Below are positions 1 through 10,603 of a stretch of 62,560 nucleotides of DNA, piece after piece. Under the pieces are notes generated by a model that did not search any database, was not told where the DNA came from, and saw only the letters and a program-made list of their open reading frames with translations. The position numbers and the translations under genes were made by a program. Source of the stretch: an uncultured Draconibacterium sp. (lineage in GTDB: Bacteria > Bacteroidota > Bacteroidia > Bacteroidales > FEN-979); assembly GCA_964387205.1 (NCBI GenBank), contig CAYLVY010000003.1, positions 17,006 through 79,565 of the forward strand, written 5' to 3'. How positions within the stretch are numbered: position 1 is the stretch's first letter; each line of letters begins with the position of its first letter.

Positions 1-8
1 TATATTTG
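1..8 (+). promoter_or_regulatory. Candidate Bacteroidetes -7 promoter box (TATATTTG) for the polysaccharide locus
   Basis: Exact match to TAnnTTTG, 27 nt upstream of the wza ATG at 35. The window edge prevents checking for a -33 element. Confidence 0.35.
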
Positions 9-34
9 TTCCACACTAACCTGAAAACTGACCT

Positions 35-844
35 ATGACAGCCCGTTTCACAACATCCGGCTATCCTTTCAAGCTGCCGCTGATGATCGTGGCCGTCGCT
101 ACGGCACTGCTCTCCTCCTGTATTCCACAGAAGAACCTCCTGCTGATGCAGTATGACAAGCTGATTGACAGCACCTATGCCACCACTTTCATGGGCAGGA
201 CCTTCACCGATTCGGTGTACAGGCTTCAACCCAACGACTATGTATATATCAGCGTGCTGTCGGTCGAAAAACCGATCACGCAGATTGTGGAACCACTCGC
301 CGGTGTGAATTATCTCAACAATGAAAACCAGGCGCTGGTCGGATATCATGTGTATGATGACGGGACGATCTATTTTCCCTATATGGGCCCGATCCACATC
401 AGCGGTCTGACCATACGGGAAGCGAGGGATACCCTCAGGGCACAGATTTCCAAGCTTGTCGGGCGTTGCCGGGTGGAGATATTTCTGATCAATAACACCA
501 TCTTTATGCTGGGTGAGTTCAATAAACAGGGAGTATATAACATGACCCGGAACAAATTGGGGATTTACGAAGCCATTACTCTTGCCTCGGGGCTTACCGA
601 TTATGCGAAACGAAGGGCCATCAAGGTTCTCCGCATCGAGAACGGAGTCAGGAAGATGTATGTGGTGGATGTTAAAAGCGGAGACCAGATCGGCAGGAAC
701 ATGTTTTTCGTCTATCCGAATGATGTGATCTATGCCGAACCCATGAAAGCGAAATCGATAGGCATCACGCCGACTTTTTCGCTTGCGGTTCTCTCCACTA
801 TCGTCTCCTTTGCTTTGCTGGTCGCTACTTTATCAAAACAATAG
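35..844 (+). CDS. wza: Outer-membrane polysaccharide export lipoprotein (Wza/OPX family)
   Basis: 269-aa ORF with a signal peptide and lipobox (LLSSC). Poly_export-type motif YRLQPNDYVYISV. A Wzc-like gene follows immediately. Confidence 0.8.
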   Translation: MTARFTTSGYPFKLPLMIVAVATALLSSCIPQKNLLLMQYDKLIDSTYATTFMGRTFTDSVYRLQPNDYVYISVLSVEKPITQIVEPLAGVNYLNNENQALVGYHVYDDGTIYFPYMGPIHISGLTIREARDTLRAQISKLVGRCRVEIFLINNTIFMLGEFNKQGVYNMTRNKLGIYEAITLASGLTDYAKRRAIKVLRIENGVRKMYVVDVKSGDQIGRNMFFVYPNDVIYAEPMKAKSIGITPTFSLAVLSTIVSFALLVATLSKQ

Positions 845-847
845 CAC

Positions 848-3217
848 GTGGGAAAAGCAAGTTCACACCTGGCCGGGGGGATCGATTTCAGGCGGATACT
901 CACCAAGTACCTTAAGAACTGGTATCTTTTCGCGATTGCCATGGGCGCTGCCTACTGGTATGCAACGGTGCAGAACCGGTATGTAGTTCCGGTATACAGC
1001 CTGTCCACTTCGGTACTGATCGAAGACAAGAGCAATAAGTCGGTGCTCGACCAGCGCGGCTCTATTTCTGCCGATCCTTTGTTTCTGAACACCAAACTGA
1101 TCGATAACCAGATAGCCCTGCTCAAGTCGTTTGCCCAGATCAGGCTGATTATTGAAAACCTCGATTTCGAGGTCTCCTATTTTGCCAAAGGGAAGTATAT
1201 CTGGGAGGAAATTTATAAGCGTTCCCCTTTTGAAGTGAAGACCGACTCAGGTCATGCGCAGATCCGGTCGGCCCGGTTCAACGTTCAGATACTGGACGGT
1301 GAAAAGTTCAGGATCTGGTCGGAAAAGATCGGAGCCTTCAGCAATCCCCGGACATTGCGGTTCGGCGAACAGGTTGCGGGAAAGGATTATTCTTTCACCC
1401 TCAGGCTGAAAGAGGGGATCAACGCGGCTGATTATGCGGCTCAGGAATATGGCTTTGAGATCAATGACATATCGCAGTTAACCAGCCAGTACCGGAACAA
1501 GACCAACATATCTTCGGAAAAGGGCACTTCGGTGGTGATCATCTCCTCTTCGGGCCCCAACAAGGATAAAGAGAAAGACTACCTGAACGAACTGACGCGC
1601 ATGTTCCTGATCACCAACCTGGAGAAAAAGAACCGGATACTGACCAGTACCATCCGCTTTATCGATAAACAGATCGCCGAGATGGGGACGGAACTGGATT
1701 CTGCGGAATCAAAGTTGGAGGATTTTCGCAAAGACAACAAGTTCATGCAGTTATCAGCCAAGGCAGCCATGTTGTTGAATGAACTCAGGGATCTTTCCAA
1801 AGAGAAATCGAACCTGATCGCCGACCGGAAATATTACGAGTATCTGCTCGATTATCTGAAAACCCACGATTCTTTCGAAGATGTTGTGATGCCATCAACG
1901 GTCGGTCTTAGTCTGCCCCTCTTTTCCGACCTGGTGCTGAAACTCTCGACCGTATCGCTGGAGCGCGAAGACCTGATCGCCAATTCATCGCGCCAAAATC
2001 CTTACATCCAGGTTCTGGAAGAGCAGATATCGAATATGAAGACCGCGCTTATCGAGAACATGAACAGTATCATCAGTACGACAACCCTGAAGATCGAAGA
2101 CCTGGAGGAGAGAATCCTGCAGAAGGAGGCCGATTTCGCGCTCCTGCCGGGGATAGAACGCCAGTACCTCGAGATAGAGCGGAAATACAATGTGTTCAAC
2201 AATCTTTATGATTTTCTGTTGCGCAGGAAGTCGGAAGTGGAGATCCAGCGGGCGGGCAACACCTCCGACCATGAGATCGTGGATTTCGCAGGCAGCACGG
2301 GGATCAGCAAGGTGTCGGCCAGCCCTACCACGGCCTATGTCAATGCCATGATCTGGGCGATCCTGATCCCTGCAGTGTTTCTCTTTCTGGTGGTGATCCT
2401 CAACAACCGGATCATGTCGCGGGACGATATCGAATCGCTGACCGACCTGCCTGTCGTGGGGGCACTGATAAGGAATACCGACAAGCGGGGCGGCAAGTTG
2501 CTGCTCAGCGCGAACTCTTTATTCAATGAGACCCTTCGCATTATCAAGATAAAACTCAACCTCGACCCCCGGAAAGGGGAGCAGGTGGTGTTGGTCACAT
2601 CAGCCAGTGCGGAGGATGGGAAAACATTCGTGGCAAAGAACCTTGCTTCGGTTTACGCGATGGCAGGTAAACGCACGCTTTTGCTTGATTTCGACCTTCA
2701 GCATCCCGGGATCGCGGAACATTTCGGGCTGGATGATAATGCCGGGGTGACCAATTTCCTGATCAATGATATCGGGGTAGAGGACGTGATCCGCAGGACC
2801 TTCACCAAAAACCTTGACCTCCTGACATCGGGGCCCATTCCTCCCAACCCGGATGAACTGATCGAATCGGAGAAGACCCATCAGTTGTTTGCCCATTTAA
2901 GGCGCCGGTATGAATACATCATCATGGATACACCCCCTATCGGTTTTGTGGGAGATGCCTACCTGCTCGACCGATATTCCGACACTACCCTCTTTGTGGT
3001 GCGGTATAACCATACCACCAAGAAACACTTTGCCGCCGCCCTGTCGGAAGCCACCGAAAACCACATGAAAAAGGTCAATATTGTATTTACCGATGTGCGA
3101 CAAAAGATCAGGATCGGCGATGTCGCTACAGTGACGGAAGGCAAAAAAATTGCTGCTCCCCTGCGCGCTGCCATAGCGGTGAGGAGATCCCTGATCAACA
3201 TGATCCGAAAATTCTGA
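848..3217 (+). CDS. wzc: Polysaccharide co-polymerase / BY-kinase-like protein (Wzc/GumC family) without a C-terminal Tyr cluster
   Basis: GTG start 3 nt after the wza stop. Two TM segments flank a long coiled-coil periplasmic domain. The C-terminal P-loop domain has Walker A SASAEDGKT, A' LLLDFDLQHP and B YIIMDTPP. The tail contains no tyrosines. Confidence 0.8.
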   Translation: MGKASSHLAGGIDFRRILTKYLKNWYLFAIAMGAAYWYATVQNRYVVPVYSLSTSVLIEDKSNKSVLDQRGSISADPLFLNTKLIDNQIALLKSFAQIRLIIENLDFEVSYFAKGKYIWEEIYKRSPFEVKTDSGHAQIRSARFNVQILDGEKFRIWSEKIGAFSNPRTLRFGEQVAGKDYSFTLRLKEGINAADYAAQEYGFEINDISQLTSQYRNKTNISSEKGTSVVIISSSGPNKDKEKDYLNELTRMFLITNLEKKNRILTSTIRFIDKQIAEMGTELDSAESKLEDFRKDNKFMQLSAKAAMLLNELRDLSKEKSNLIADRKYYEYLLDYLKTHDSFEDVVMPSTVGLSLPLFSDLVLKLSTVSLEREDLIANSSRQNPYIQVLEEQISNMKTALIENMNSIISTTTLKIEDLEERILQKEADFALLPGIERQYLEIERKYNVFNNLYDFLLRRKSEVEIQRAGNTSDHEIVDFAGSTGISKVSASPTTAYVNAMIWAILIPAVFLFLVVILNNRIMSRDDIESLTDLPVVGALIRNTDKRGGKLLLSANSLFNETLRIIKIKLNLDPRKGEQVVLVTSASAEDGKTFVAKNLASVYAMAGKRTLLLDFDLQHPGIAEHFGLDDNAGVTNFLINDIGVEDVIRRTFTKNLDLLTSGPIPPNPDELIESEKTHQLFAHLRRRYEYIIMDTPPIGFVGDAYLLDRYSDTTLFVVRYNHTTKKHFAAALSEATENHMKKVNIVFTDVRQKIRIGDVATVTEGKKIAAPLRAAIAVRRSLINMIRKF

Positions 3218-3249
3218 ATTTATGAACCAAAACCAATAACCCCGCTGCT

Positions 3250-4365
3250 ATGAGTAAAGTTGCCTTAATCACCGGAGTCACAGGTCAGGATGGCGCCTAC
3301 CTGTCGGAGTATCTGCTCAAACTGGGCTACATTGTCCATGGAGTGAAGCGCAGGGCATCCCTGTTCAACACCGACCGGATCGATCATCTCTACCAGGATC
3401 CTTTTACAGCCAACAAGAATTTCTATCTCCATTACGGAGATATGACCGATTCCACCAACCTGATCCGGATCGTGCAGGAGACACAGCCCGATGAAATATA
3501 CAACATTGCGGCCATGTCGCATGTACAGGTCAGTTTTGAAACGGCGGAATATACCGCCAATGCCGATGCCATCGGCACGCTGCGGTTGCTGGAGGCGATC
3601 CGTTTACTGAAGATGGGCGGGAAGACAAAATTCTACCAGGCTTCTACCAGTGAGCTTTACGGCAAGGTACAGGAGATTCCCCAGTCAGAAAAAACTCCAT
3701 TTTACCCCCGTTCCCCTTATGCGGTGGCAAAGCTTTACGGATACTGGATCGTGGTCAATTACCGCGAGGCATATGACATCTTTGCCTGCAACGGGATCCT
3801 GTTCAACCACGAATCGCCCATCCGCGGAGAGACCTTCGTAACGCGCAAGATCACCAGGGCTGTGGCAAAAATCGCCCTGGGTCTCCAGGATACGCTTTAC
3901 CTGGGCAATTTATCGGCCAAACGCGACTGGGGCCATGCCAAGGATTATGTCAAGGCGATGTATCTCATTCTGCAGCAGGAAAAGCCTGATGATTATGTCA
4001 TCGCTACCGGGGTGACAACCGAGGTGCGTGATTTTGTCAGGCTTGCCTTTGCCGAGCTGGGCATTGTGGTTGATTTTGAAGGGGAAGGAGTGAACGAGAC
4101 AGGCGTGGTAAGGGAGTGTCAGCATCCCGATTTCCGGCTTCCCAAAGGGAAAGTAGTGGTAAGGGTAGATGCCCGTTATTTCCGGCCCACCGAAGTGGAA
4201 CTGCTGATCGGGGATGCCACGAAGGCCCGTCAGCAGCTTGGATGGATCCCGAAGCACGATCTCAACTCGCTGGTGAAGGATATGGTGAAAAACGACCTGT
4301 TGCTTATGCAGCGGGACAAGTATTTAAAAGAGGGTGGTTTTTCAATAAAGAATTATTATGAATAA
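3250..4365 (+). CDS. gmd: GDP-mannose 4,6-dehydratase
   Basis: 371 aa. N-terminal [19 protein letters not shown] Rossmann motif, a YAVAKLY catalytic motif, and [21 protein letters not shown] typical of Gmd. Confidence 0.93.
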   Translation: MSKVALITGVTGQDGAYLSEYLLKLGYIVHGVKRRASLFNTDRIDHLYQDPFTANKNFYLHYGDMTDSTNLIRIVQETQPDEIYNIAAMSHVQVSFETAEYTANADAIGTLRLLEAIRLLKMGGKTKFYQASTSELYGKVQEIPQSEKTPFYPRSPYAVAKLYGYWIVVNYREAYDIFACNGILFNHESPIRGETFVTRKITRAVAKIALGLQDTLYLGNLSAKRDWGHAKDYVKAMYLILQQEKPDDYVIATGVTTEVRDFVRLAFAELGIVVDFEGEGVNETGVVRECQHPDFRLPKGKVVVRVDARYFRPTEVELLIGDATKARQQLGWIPKHDLNSLVKDMVKNDLLLMQRDKYLKEGGFSIKNYYE

Positions 4366-5323
4366 ACGCGACAATGTGTTGATCCTGGGCGCTGCCGGAA
4401 TGGTTGGCAGCGCAATCCTGAGGAACCTGCTCAGCCAGGGATTTGAGCATATAATGGGGACCGATTACCGTTCGGTGCAGGCAAAATTTGAAGGGGTCAC
4501 CTACCGGCAGGTTGATTTGATGGATCCGGTGGCCACCAAAGCCCTTTACACGGAGGCGGCACCGGATTACGTGTTCGTCGCCGCAGCCAAAGTGGGAGGG
4601 ATCGTGGCCAACAACACGTACAGGGCCCAGTTCCTTTATGAAAACCTGCTGATCCAGAACAATGTGATCCACCAGGCTTATCTTTCCGGGGTAAAAAAGT
4701 TGCTTTTTCTGGGAAGCTCCTGTATTTATCCCAAAAATGCGCCGCAGCCCATCCGGGAGGAATACCTGCTCACGGGAACACTGGAATATACCAACGAACC
4801 TTATGCCATAGCAAAGATCGCAGGGCTGAAGATGTGTGAAAATTATAATCTGCAATACGGTACCAACTTCATAGCGGTGATGCCGACCAATATGTATGGC
4901 CCCAACGATAACTATGACCTGCAGAACTCCCATGTACTGCCCGCGCTCATCCGGAAATGCCATGAAGCCAAAGTGGCGGGAGCCCCGACGGTTACCATCT
5001 GGGGTACCGGCTCCCCGATGCGGGAGTTTATGCATGTGGACGACCTGGCCGCCGCCGTGGTTTTCCTGATGAACACATACAACGGAAACCGTTTTCTCAA
5101 CATCGGCTGGGGAAAGGACATCTCCATCAAAGACCTCGCTTACCTGATAAAGGAGGTTACCGGATTTAACGGTGAACTGGTATTCGACACCTCCAAACCC
5201 GATGGCACGCCGCGAAAACTGCTCGATGTTTCTCTTTTGACATCGCTCGGTTTCACTCCCTCCATCCCGCTTCGGGAAGGAATTGAACGTACCTATGCCG
5301 ATTTTCTGGCCAAACATGTCTGA
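4358..5323 (+). CDS. fcl: GDP-L-fucose synthase (GDP-4-keto-6-deoxymannose 3,5-epimerase/4-reductase)
   Basis: 321 aa. Motifs [27 protein letters not shown] and [11 protein letters not shown] match the Fcl/WcaG family. Overlaps the gmd stop by 8 nt. Confidence 0.92.
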   Translation: MNKRDNVLILGAAGMVGSAILRNLLSQGFEHIMGTDYRSVQAKFEGVTYRQVDLMDPVATKALYTEAAPDYVFVAAAKVGGIVANNTYRAQFLYENLLIQNNVIHQAYLSGVKKLLFLGSSCIYPKNAPQPIREEYLLTGTLEYTNEPYAIAKIAGLKMCENYNLQYGTNFIAVMPTNMYGPNDNYDLQNSHVLPALIRKCHEAKVAGAPTVTIWGTGSPMREFMHVDDLAAAVVFLMNTYNGNRFLNIGWGKDISIKDLAYLIKEVTGFNGELVFDTSKPDGTPRKLLDVSLLTSLGFTPSIPLREGIERTYADFLAKHV

Positions 5324-6224
5324 TCAAACCTCTATTCCAACCTTTATGAACACGAGTCAAACCGGATCTCCCGCCAACAGACTGCCCGATGAATGGACGA
5401 TGATCCTGCGTCCGAGAAGGAGCCTGTTCGATGTCAACCTGAAGGAACTCTGGCAATACCGCGACCTGATCGGAATGTTCGTCAGGCGCGATTTTGTATC
5501 CAAATTCAAACAAACCATCCTGGGGCCGCTCTGGTTCATCATCCAACCATTGCTCACCACCATCATGTTCACCATTATCTTTGGAAACATTGCCGGCATA
5601 CCTACCGACGGGATTCCTAAAATTCTCTTCTATATGTCGGGAATCGTTGGCTGGACCTATTTTTCAACCTGTCTGAACGACACCTCCCAAACCTTTATCA
5701 AAAATGCCTCCATATTCGGCAAGGTCTATTTTCCACGGCTTGCCCTCCCGATCTCCGTGGTGATATCCAATCTGGTGAGCTTCATCATTCAGTTTGTTTT
5801 TCTATGCTGTTTTCTGGCCTATTTCATGATCCGCGGAGCCGATGTGGCACCCAACATCCTGATTCTCTGGCTTCCGTTCCTGGTACTGCTGCTCGCCGGA
5901 CTTGGGCTGGGATTCGGCATCATCATCTCCTCCCTCACTACCAAATACAGGGATCTGACCCATCTGGTCACCTTCGGTGTGACCCTTTGGATGTACGCCA
6001 CCCCGATCATCTATCCCCTGTCGGAAATTCCGGAAAAATACCGTTTCCTGGTTGTGGCCAACCCCATGACCCCGGTGGTGGAGACCTTCCGCACCGCCCT
6101 GCTTGGGGTCGGAGAGATCAATTACCAGCACCTCCTCTACAGTTTTGCCTTTACCATCGTGTTGCTGGCCATTGGAATCGTGATCTTCAACAAAGTGGAA
6201 AAGACCTTTATGGATACGGTCTGA
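5316..6224 (+). CDS. wzm: ABC-2 type polysaccharide export permease (Wzm-like)
   Basis: Six predicted TM helices and ABC-2 motifs (FVRRDFVSKFKQTILGPLWFIIQP). The start is refined to the ATG at 5316, which overlaps the fcl stop (ATGTCTGA). The ORF track begins at 5283. Confidence 0.85.
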   Translation: MSDQTSIPTFMNTSQTGSPANRLPDEWTMILRPRRSLFDVNLKELWQYRDLIGMFVRRDFVSKFKQTILGPLWFIIQPLLTTIMFTIIFGNIAGIPTDGIPKILFYMSGIVGWTYFSTCLNDTSQTFIKNASIFGKVYFPRLALPISVVISNLVSFIIQFVFLCCFLAYFMIRGADVAPNILILWLPFLVLLLAGLGLGFGIIISSLTTKYRDLTHLVTFGVTLWMYATPIIYPLSEIPEKYRFLVVANPMTPVVETFRTALLGVGEINYQHLLYSFAFTIVLLAIGIVIFNKVEKTFMDTV

Positions 6225-6274
6225 GACCGTACGATGATTTGTTCTGAATATAAATCAACTGAAAATATAGTTCC

Positions 6275-7531
6275 ATGTCGAATGTTGTCATCAAACTCGA
6301 AAATGTTTCCAAGCAGTACCGGCTTGGCAGCGTGGGAACCGGTACCCTTAGCCACGACCTGAACCGGATGGTTGCAAGGATAAGGGGCAAAGAGGATCCG
6401 ACTGCAAAAGTGGGGGTTGCCAACCGCCTTGATACAGTGGATGGACGGTATGTGTGGGCCCTTCGCGACATCAACCTGGAGATCTGCGACGGGGAGGTGC
6501 TGGGAATTGTGGGCAAAAACGGCGCCGGCAAATCAACACTGCTTAAACTGATGTCGCGGGTTACAGCCCCAACCACCGGGAATATCAAAATCAAAGGGCG
6601 AATCGCCAGTTTGCTGGAGGTGGGTACGGGATTCCACCCCGAACTGACAGGCCGGGAGAATATATTTCTGAATGGCGCCATCCTGGGGATGACCAAACGG
6701 GAGATCAGCTCGAAATTTGACGAGATCGTGGAGTTTTCAGGGGTGAAGAAATATGTCGACACACCGGTCAAACGATATTCATCGGGCATGTATGTAAGGC
6801 TTGCATTCGCAGTGGCGGCACACCTGGAGCCTGAAATCCTTATCGTGGATGAAGTGCTTGCAGTGGGTGATGCGGAGTTCCAGAAAAAAGCGATCGGCAA
6901 GATGCAATCGGTTTCCCAGAGCGGCCGGACCGTTCTGTTCGTCAGCCACAACCTAACCGCGGTGGAACAGTTATGTACCAAAGGCATCCTGATCCAAAGC
7001 GGAAACCTGAAAATGGAGGGGAAGGTGCATGACATTACTTCGGCATACAAACAGATGACGGTGGATGAAAATGAACTGCGCCGCAGCGGGTCAAGAAACT
7101 TCGAATTTCTGGAATATCGCCTGACCAATATGGACGGAGCTGTCATTGATGAACTTTTTCTCGGAGATCATTTCAAAGTAGTGGCCACTGCCAGGGCCAA
7201 CGATCATATCGACTTTACCGATATGACCCTCGACATCAGGAACGATTCCAACGAATTTATCGGTCATGTCACCAACGCCGACGACGGATTTGAAATCAAA
7301 AAAAGCAGGAAGGGAGACAATATCACCGTAGAGGTGGTGGTGAAAAACATCTGCTTTGCACCGGCAACATACTATATATCACTCTGGCTTGGTAACTCAT
7401 ACGGCACATTTGATTATATCGAGAACTGTATCCGTTTCACCATCAAACAGGGCGATACCTTCATCCTGCGTCCATACCCCTTCGACAAAAGGGCCAAAAC
7501 CGTCCTTCAATCATCATGGAGTTTTAAATGA
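6275..7531 (+). CDS. wzt: Polysaccharide ABC exporter ATP-binding protein (Wzt-like) with a C-terminal extension
   Basis: Walker A GKNGAGKST, signature YSSGMYVRL and Walker B ILIVDEVL. About 150 extra C-terminal residues resemble Wzt_C carbohydrate-binding domains. Confidence 0.88.
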   Translation: MSNVVIKLENVSKQYRLGSVGTGTLSHDLNRMVARIRGKEDPTAKVGVANRLDTVDGRYVWALRDINLEICDGEVLGIVGKNGAGKSTLLKLMSRVTAPTTGNIKIKGRIASLLEVGTGFHPELTGRENIFLNGAILGMTKREISSKFDEIVEFSGVKKYVDTPVKRYSSGMYVRLAFAVAAHLEPEILIVDEVLAVGDAEFQKKAIGKMQSVSQSGRTVLFVSHNLTAVEQLCTKGILIQSGNLKMEGKVHDITSAYKQMTVDENELRRSGSRNFEFLEYRLTNMDGAVIDELFLGDHFKVVATARANDHIDFTDMTLDIRNDSNEFIGHVTNADDGFEIKKSRKGDNITVEVVVKNICFAPATYYISLWLGNSYGTFDYIENCIRFTIKQGDTFILRPYPFDKRAKTVLQSSWSFK

Positions 7532-8565
7532 GGATTATGGAAAAGCGACCTCTGTTGAGCGTACTTATGCCTGTTTACAACGGGAGAGCCTTCCTGAAGC
7601 CTGCCATGGACAGTATTCTGTCGCAGAATTTCGATAACTTCGAGTTGGTGATCATCAACGATGGTTCGACAGATGACAGCCAGCAAATCATCGATTCTTA
7701 TAAAGATCCCCGCATCGTGCCGGTTGTACAGAAAAACCAGGGGGTGGCCCGCTCGCTTAATAACGGATTGGATATTTGCCGGGGGAAATATGTCAGGCGG
7801 CACGATGCCGATGATGTATCGTTGCCCGGTGCATTTGAGATGCAGATCAAATTCCTCGAATCGAACCCGGAATATGTCATGGTATGCAACCAGGCGGCGT
7901 TCATGACAGAGAGAGGCAAACCGGCCTGGAAATACCGTTTGCCCAGGAACGATTTTTTCAGCGGGGGGAAACGGGTTGACCTTGGATTCGACCACTTCCG
8001 TGCGGACAGCACCACCCCGGTGATCCATGGAACAGCCTGTTACCGTAGGGAGGAGATCATCTCCATCGGAAAGTACAGAACCGCATTCATCGTATCGGAA
8101 GACAACGATCTCTGGATCCGGCTGATTGAAAAATACAAAATTGCCATCCTAGGAGAATGCACTTATCTGATCCGACTACACGGCACATCAGCCACGCGGA
8201 GGCATGCAGGAAAGATCCGCCATTTCAGGCAGCTTTTGCTGGATTATTCAAAGGAGCGCAGGGAGAAGGGCTCCGATCCGATCATGCGCGGTGAACCGTT
8301 GCCCCCGGCGCCACCCTCCGAAGCAGCGGAACCCGTCAGGAAAGAAGGAAAAGGAAAGGATTACAGGGAAGACCTGCAATACATATACGGATTGGTGGTC
8401 AATGCCGGTGACTGGACCGAGATCCGCAAATATAGTACCGAGATCATTCGTGATGGCTGGAAAGACCGCCGCACATGGAAAATGCTCACTTTTCCGATTT
8501 TAAGCGAACGATTGATCAAAACGGGTGTCTCACTGAAATCCTTCCTTAGGGGCAATAATCAATAA
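7528..8565 (+). CDS. Glycosyltransferase family 2
   Basis: N-terminal LSVLMPVYNG...VIINDGSTDDS and a DADD motif. ATGA overlap with wzt. An alternative ATG lies at 7537. Confidence 0.85.
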   Translation: MRIMEKRPLLSVLMPVYNGRAFLKPAMDSILSQNFDNFELVIINDGSTDDSQQIIDSYKDPRIVPVVQKNQGVARSLNNGLDICRGKYVRRHDADDVSLPGAFEMQIKFLESNPEYVMVCNQAAFMTERGKPAWKYRLPRNDFFSGGKRVDLGFDHFRADSTTPVIHGTACYRREEIISIGKYRTAFIVSEDNDLWIRLIEKYKIAILGECTYLIRLHGTSATRRHAGKIRHFRQLLLDYSKERREKGSDPIMRGEPLPPAPPSEAAEPVRKEGKGKDYREDLQYIYGLVVNAGDWTEIRKYSTEIIRDGWKDRRTWKMLTFPILSERLIKTGVSLKSFLRGNNQ

Positions 8566-8580
8566 TGGTGCTGAACAACT

Positions 8581-9615
8581 ATGGCTGCCTATACACCGCT
8601 CATATCCGTCATTATCCCCAATTTCAACCGGGGAGACCTGCTGTGTGAAACCCTGAAGTCGTTACAGGAACAATCGTACCGGAACTGGGAGGCATGGGTG
8701 GTTGACGACGGGTCGGAGGATGACAGCGCCGAAGTGGTACAGTCCATGACCACTGCCGATCCGAGGATACACTACATCCGGCGGAACAGGGAGCCACGCG
8801 GGGCACCGGTGTGCCGGAATATCGGGATAAACGTTTCGCGCGGGGATTTCCTTATCTTTCTCGATTCCGATGACCTGTTGGCCCCCCACGCCATGCTTCA
8901 GCGTACACAGGCCATACTGCAGCACCCCGATCATGATTTCTGGGTTTTTCCCATCCTGATGTTCAGGAACCGGCCCGAAGACGGGAAAATGCTTTGGAAT
9001 ATCGACAATGGTAAACCCGATCTCCACCGGTTTCTGATACTGGATGCTCCATGGCAAACTTCCGGGCCGATCTGGCGTAGAAGTGCAGTGGATAAAACCG
9101 GTGGATTTACCGAGGGCCTTGCCTGCTGGCAGGATGTCGATTTTCACCTTAAAGCCTTAATTGCCGGATTGAAGGGATTGAAATGCTACGATCTTCCCCC
9201 CGATGTCTGGTACCGGCAACATGAGACCGGAAGCATCAGCCAGGGAGAGATCAGTTCCCCGGCCAAACTAAAAAGCCGGTTCGACATTTTCCGGAGCCAC
9301 ACATTGGCCCTCACCGCGGAAAGCAGGCCGCCTGATCCCGGATTTATCATGGATGATCTTCGCCTGCTGGGCGGAAACATTGCCATTGGTGCCGCCAGGA
9401 CACTTCAGGGATCTATTTGCCGGGAGGTCATTGATTTCGGGGTCAATTATGGAGTATTCCTGCCCCCGCATACAGCGCAACTTATTCGTATCCTGCGGTT
9501 TTATCAGTTACGACTGAACCGTATCCCGTTCATGGACCGGCGTATCCGGCAAATCACCCGCCAGTACCGGCAGGATTCCAATATTGGTCGTCACCCTTAC
9601 CAAAAACCAGCCTGA
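8581..9615 (+). CDS. Glycosyltransferase family 2
   Basis: ISVIIPNFNR...VVDDGSEDDS and a LDSDD motif. Confidence 0.85.
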   Translation: MAAYTPLISVIIPNFNRGDLLCETLKSLQEQSYRNWEAWVVDDGSEDDSAEVVQSMTTADPRIHYIRRNREPRGAPVCRNIGINVSRGDFLIFLDSDDLLAPHAMLQRTQAILQHPDHDFWVFPILMFRNRPEDGKMLWNIDNGKPDLHRFLILDAPWQTSGPIWRRSAVDKTGGFTEGLACWQDVDFHLKALIAGLKGLKCYDLPPDVWYRQHETGSISQGEISSPAKLKSRFDIFRSHTLALTAESRPPDPGFIMDDLRLLGGNIAIGAARTLQGSICREVIDFGVNYGVFLPPHTAQLIRILRFYQLRLNRIPFMDRRIRQITRQYRQDSNIGRHPYQKPA

Positions 9616-10599
9616 ATGGAAACTGACGCCACCAATCCCAGAATATCCGTGATCATACCGGTAAAAAACGGCGCCGATACCATCCGTGCCTGCCTTGAGG
9701 GGATATTTTCGCAAACCCTTCGTGATCATCTGGAGGTGATCGTGATCGACTCCGGTTCTTCCGATGGCACGATGCAAATCCTGCAGGAATACCCGGTCAG
9801 GGTACACCAGATTCCACCCGGAGAGTTCAACCATGGAGATACCCGGAACCTGGGGGTTAAGCTGTCCCGCGGGGAGCTGGTGGTCATGACGGTGCAGGAT
9901 GCCACTGCCACCTCCCCGGAATGGCTGGCCATGATGGCCGGACACTTCGCCGATCCCACAATAGCCGGCGTATGCGGTCAACAAATCGTAAGGCACGATC
10001 CCGATAAAAATCCACTCCAATGGTTCATCCCGGCATCGGAGGCCCGGCCGGAACGGATCCATTTCCCCGATCCTGACTTGTTCCGGAAACTGCCCGGCAG
10101 GCAACAGCACCCATACTGCAACTGGGATGATGTAAATGCCATGTACCGCAAGACAGCGCTGGAAGAACTTCCTTTCCGCCGGCTCATGTTTTCGGAAGAT
10201 ACACTCTGGGCGCGGGATGCCCTGTCCAGGGGAATGACCCTGGTGTATGACTACCGGGCACGGGTATACCACTACCACCATCAGCCATTCAAATTTTATT
10301 TCAAACGAACCTACATCATTCTTTATCAGAATTATAAATTCTATAATTACATCCGTTACCCGAAAAATCCCCTGACCCATATTCCGCTGATTATCATCAG
10401 ACTTATGAGGAAGAAACTACGCTTTCGGGAGAAGGGGCGATGGATCGGGTACAACCTCTCCCTGGTCGGAGCCTCCTGGTCAGCCGCCCTGTTGTTTGCA
10501 CTGAATGCATACCTCCGGGGAATAAAAGGTGTGGAGTCGTCACAACAGTATTTTGTCGGATATCCCCCGCAGGGGGGACAAATGAAACCCAAAAAATGA
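9616..10599 (+). CDS. Glycosyltransferase family 2
   Basis: ISVIIPVKNG...VIDSGSSDGT. The start codon directly abuts the preceding stop. Confidence 0.8.
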   Translation: METDATNPRISVIIPVKNGADTIRACLEGIFSQTLRDHLEVIVIDSGSSDGTMQILQEYPVRVHQIPPGEFNHGDTRNLGVKLSRGELVVMTVQDATATSPEWLAMMAGHFADPTIAGVCGQQIVRHDPDKNPLQWFIPASEARPERIHFPDPDLFRKLPGRQQHPYCNWDDVNAMYRKTALEELPFRRLMFSEDTLWARDALSRGMTLVYDYRARVYHYHHQPFKFYFKRTYIILYQNYKFYNYIRYPKNPLTHIPLIIIRLMRKKLRFREKGRWIGYNLSLVGASWSAALLFALNAYLRGIKGVESSQQYFVGYPPQGGQMKPKK

Positions 10600-10603
10600 T
10601 CGT

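Noticed and set aside
4304-5317. 337-aa minus-strand ORF opposite fcl. Similar long antisense ORFs lie at 6208-7146, 9508-10380, 15933-16631, 31018-31776, 35389-36108, 48034-48636, 57528-58088, 58131-59136 and 61233-61802.
   Set aside because: Each lies fully antisense to a gene with clear family motifs. Their compositions are low-complexity and rich in Arg, Gly, Pro or His, as expected of shadow ORFs. None has a recognisable motif.
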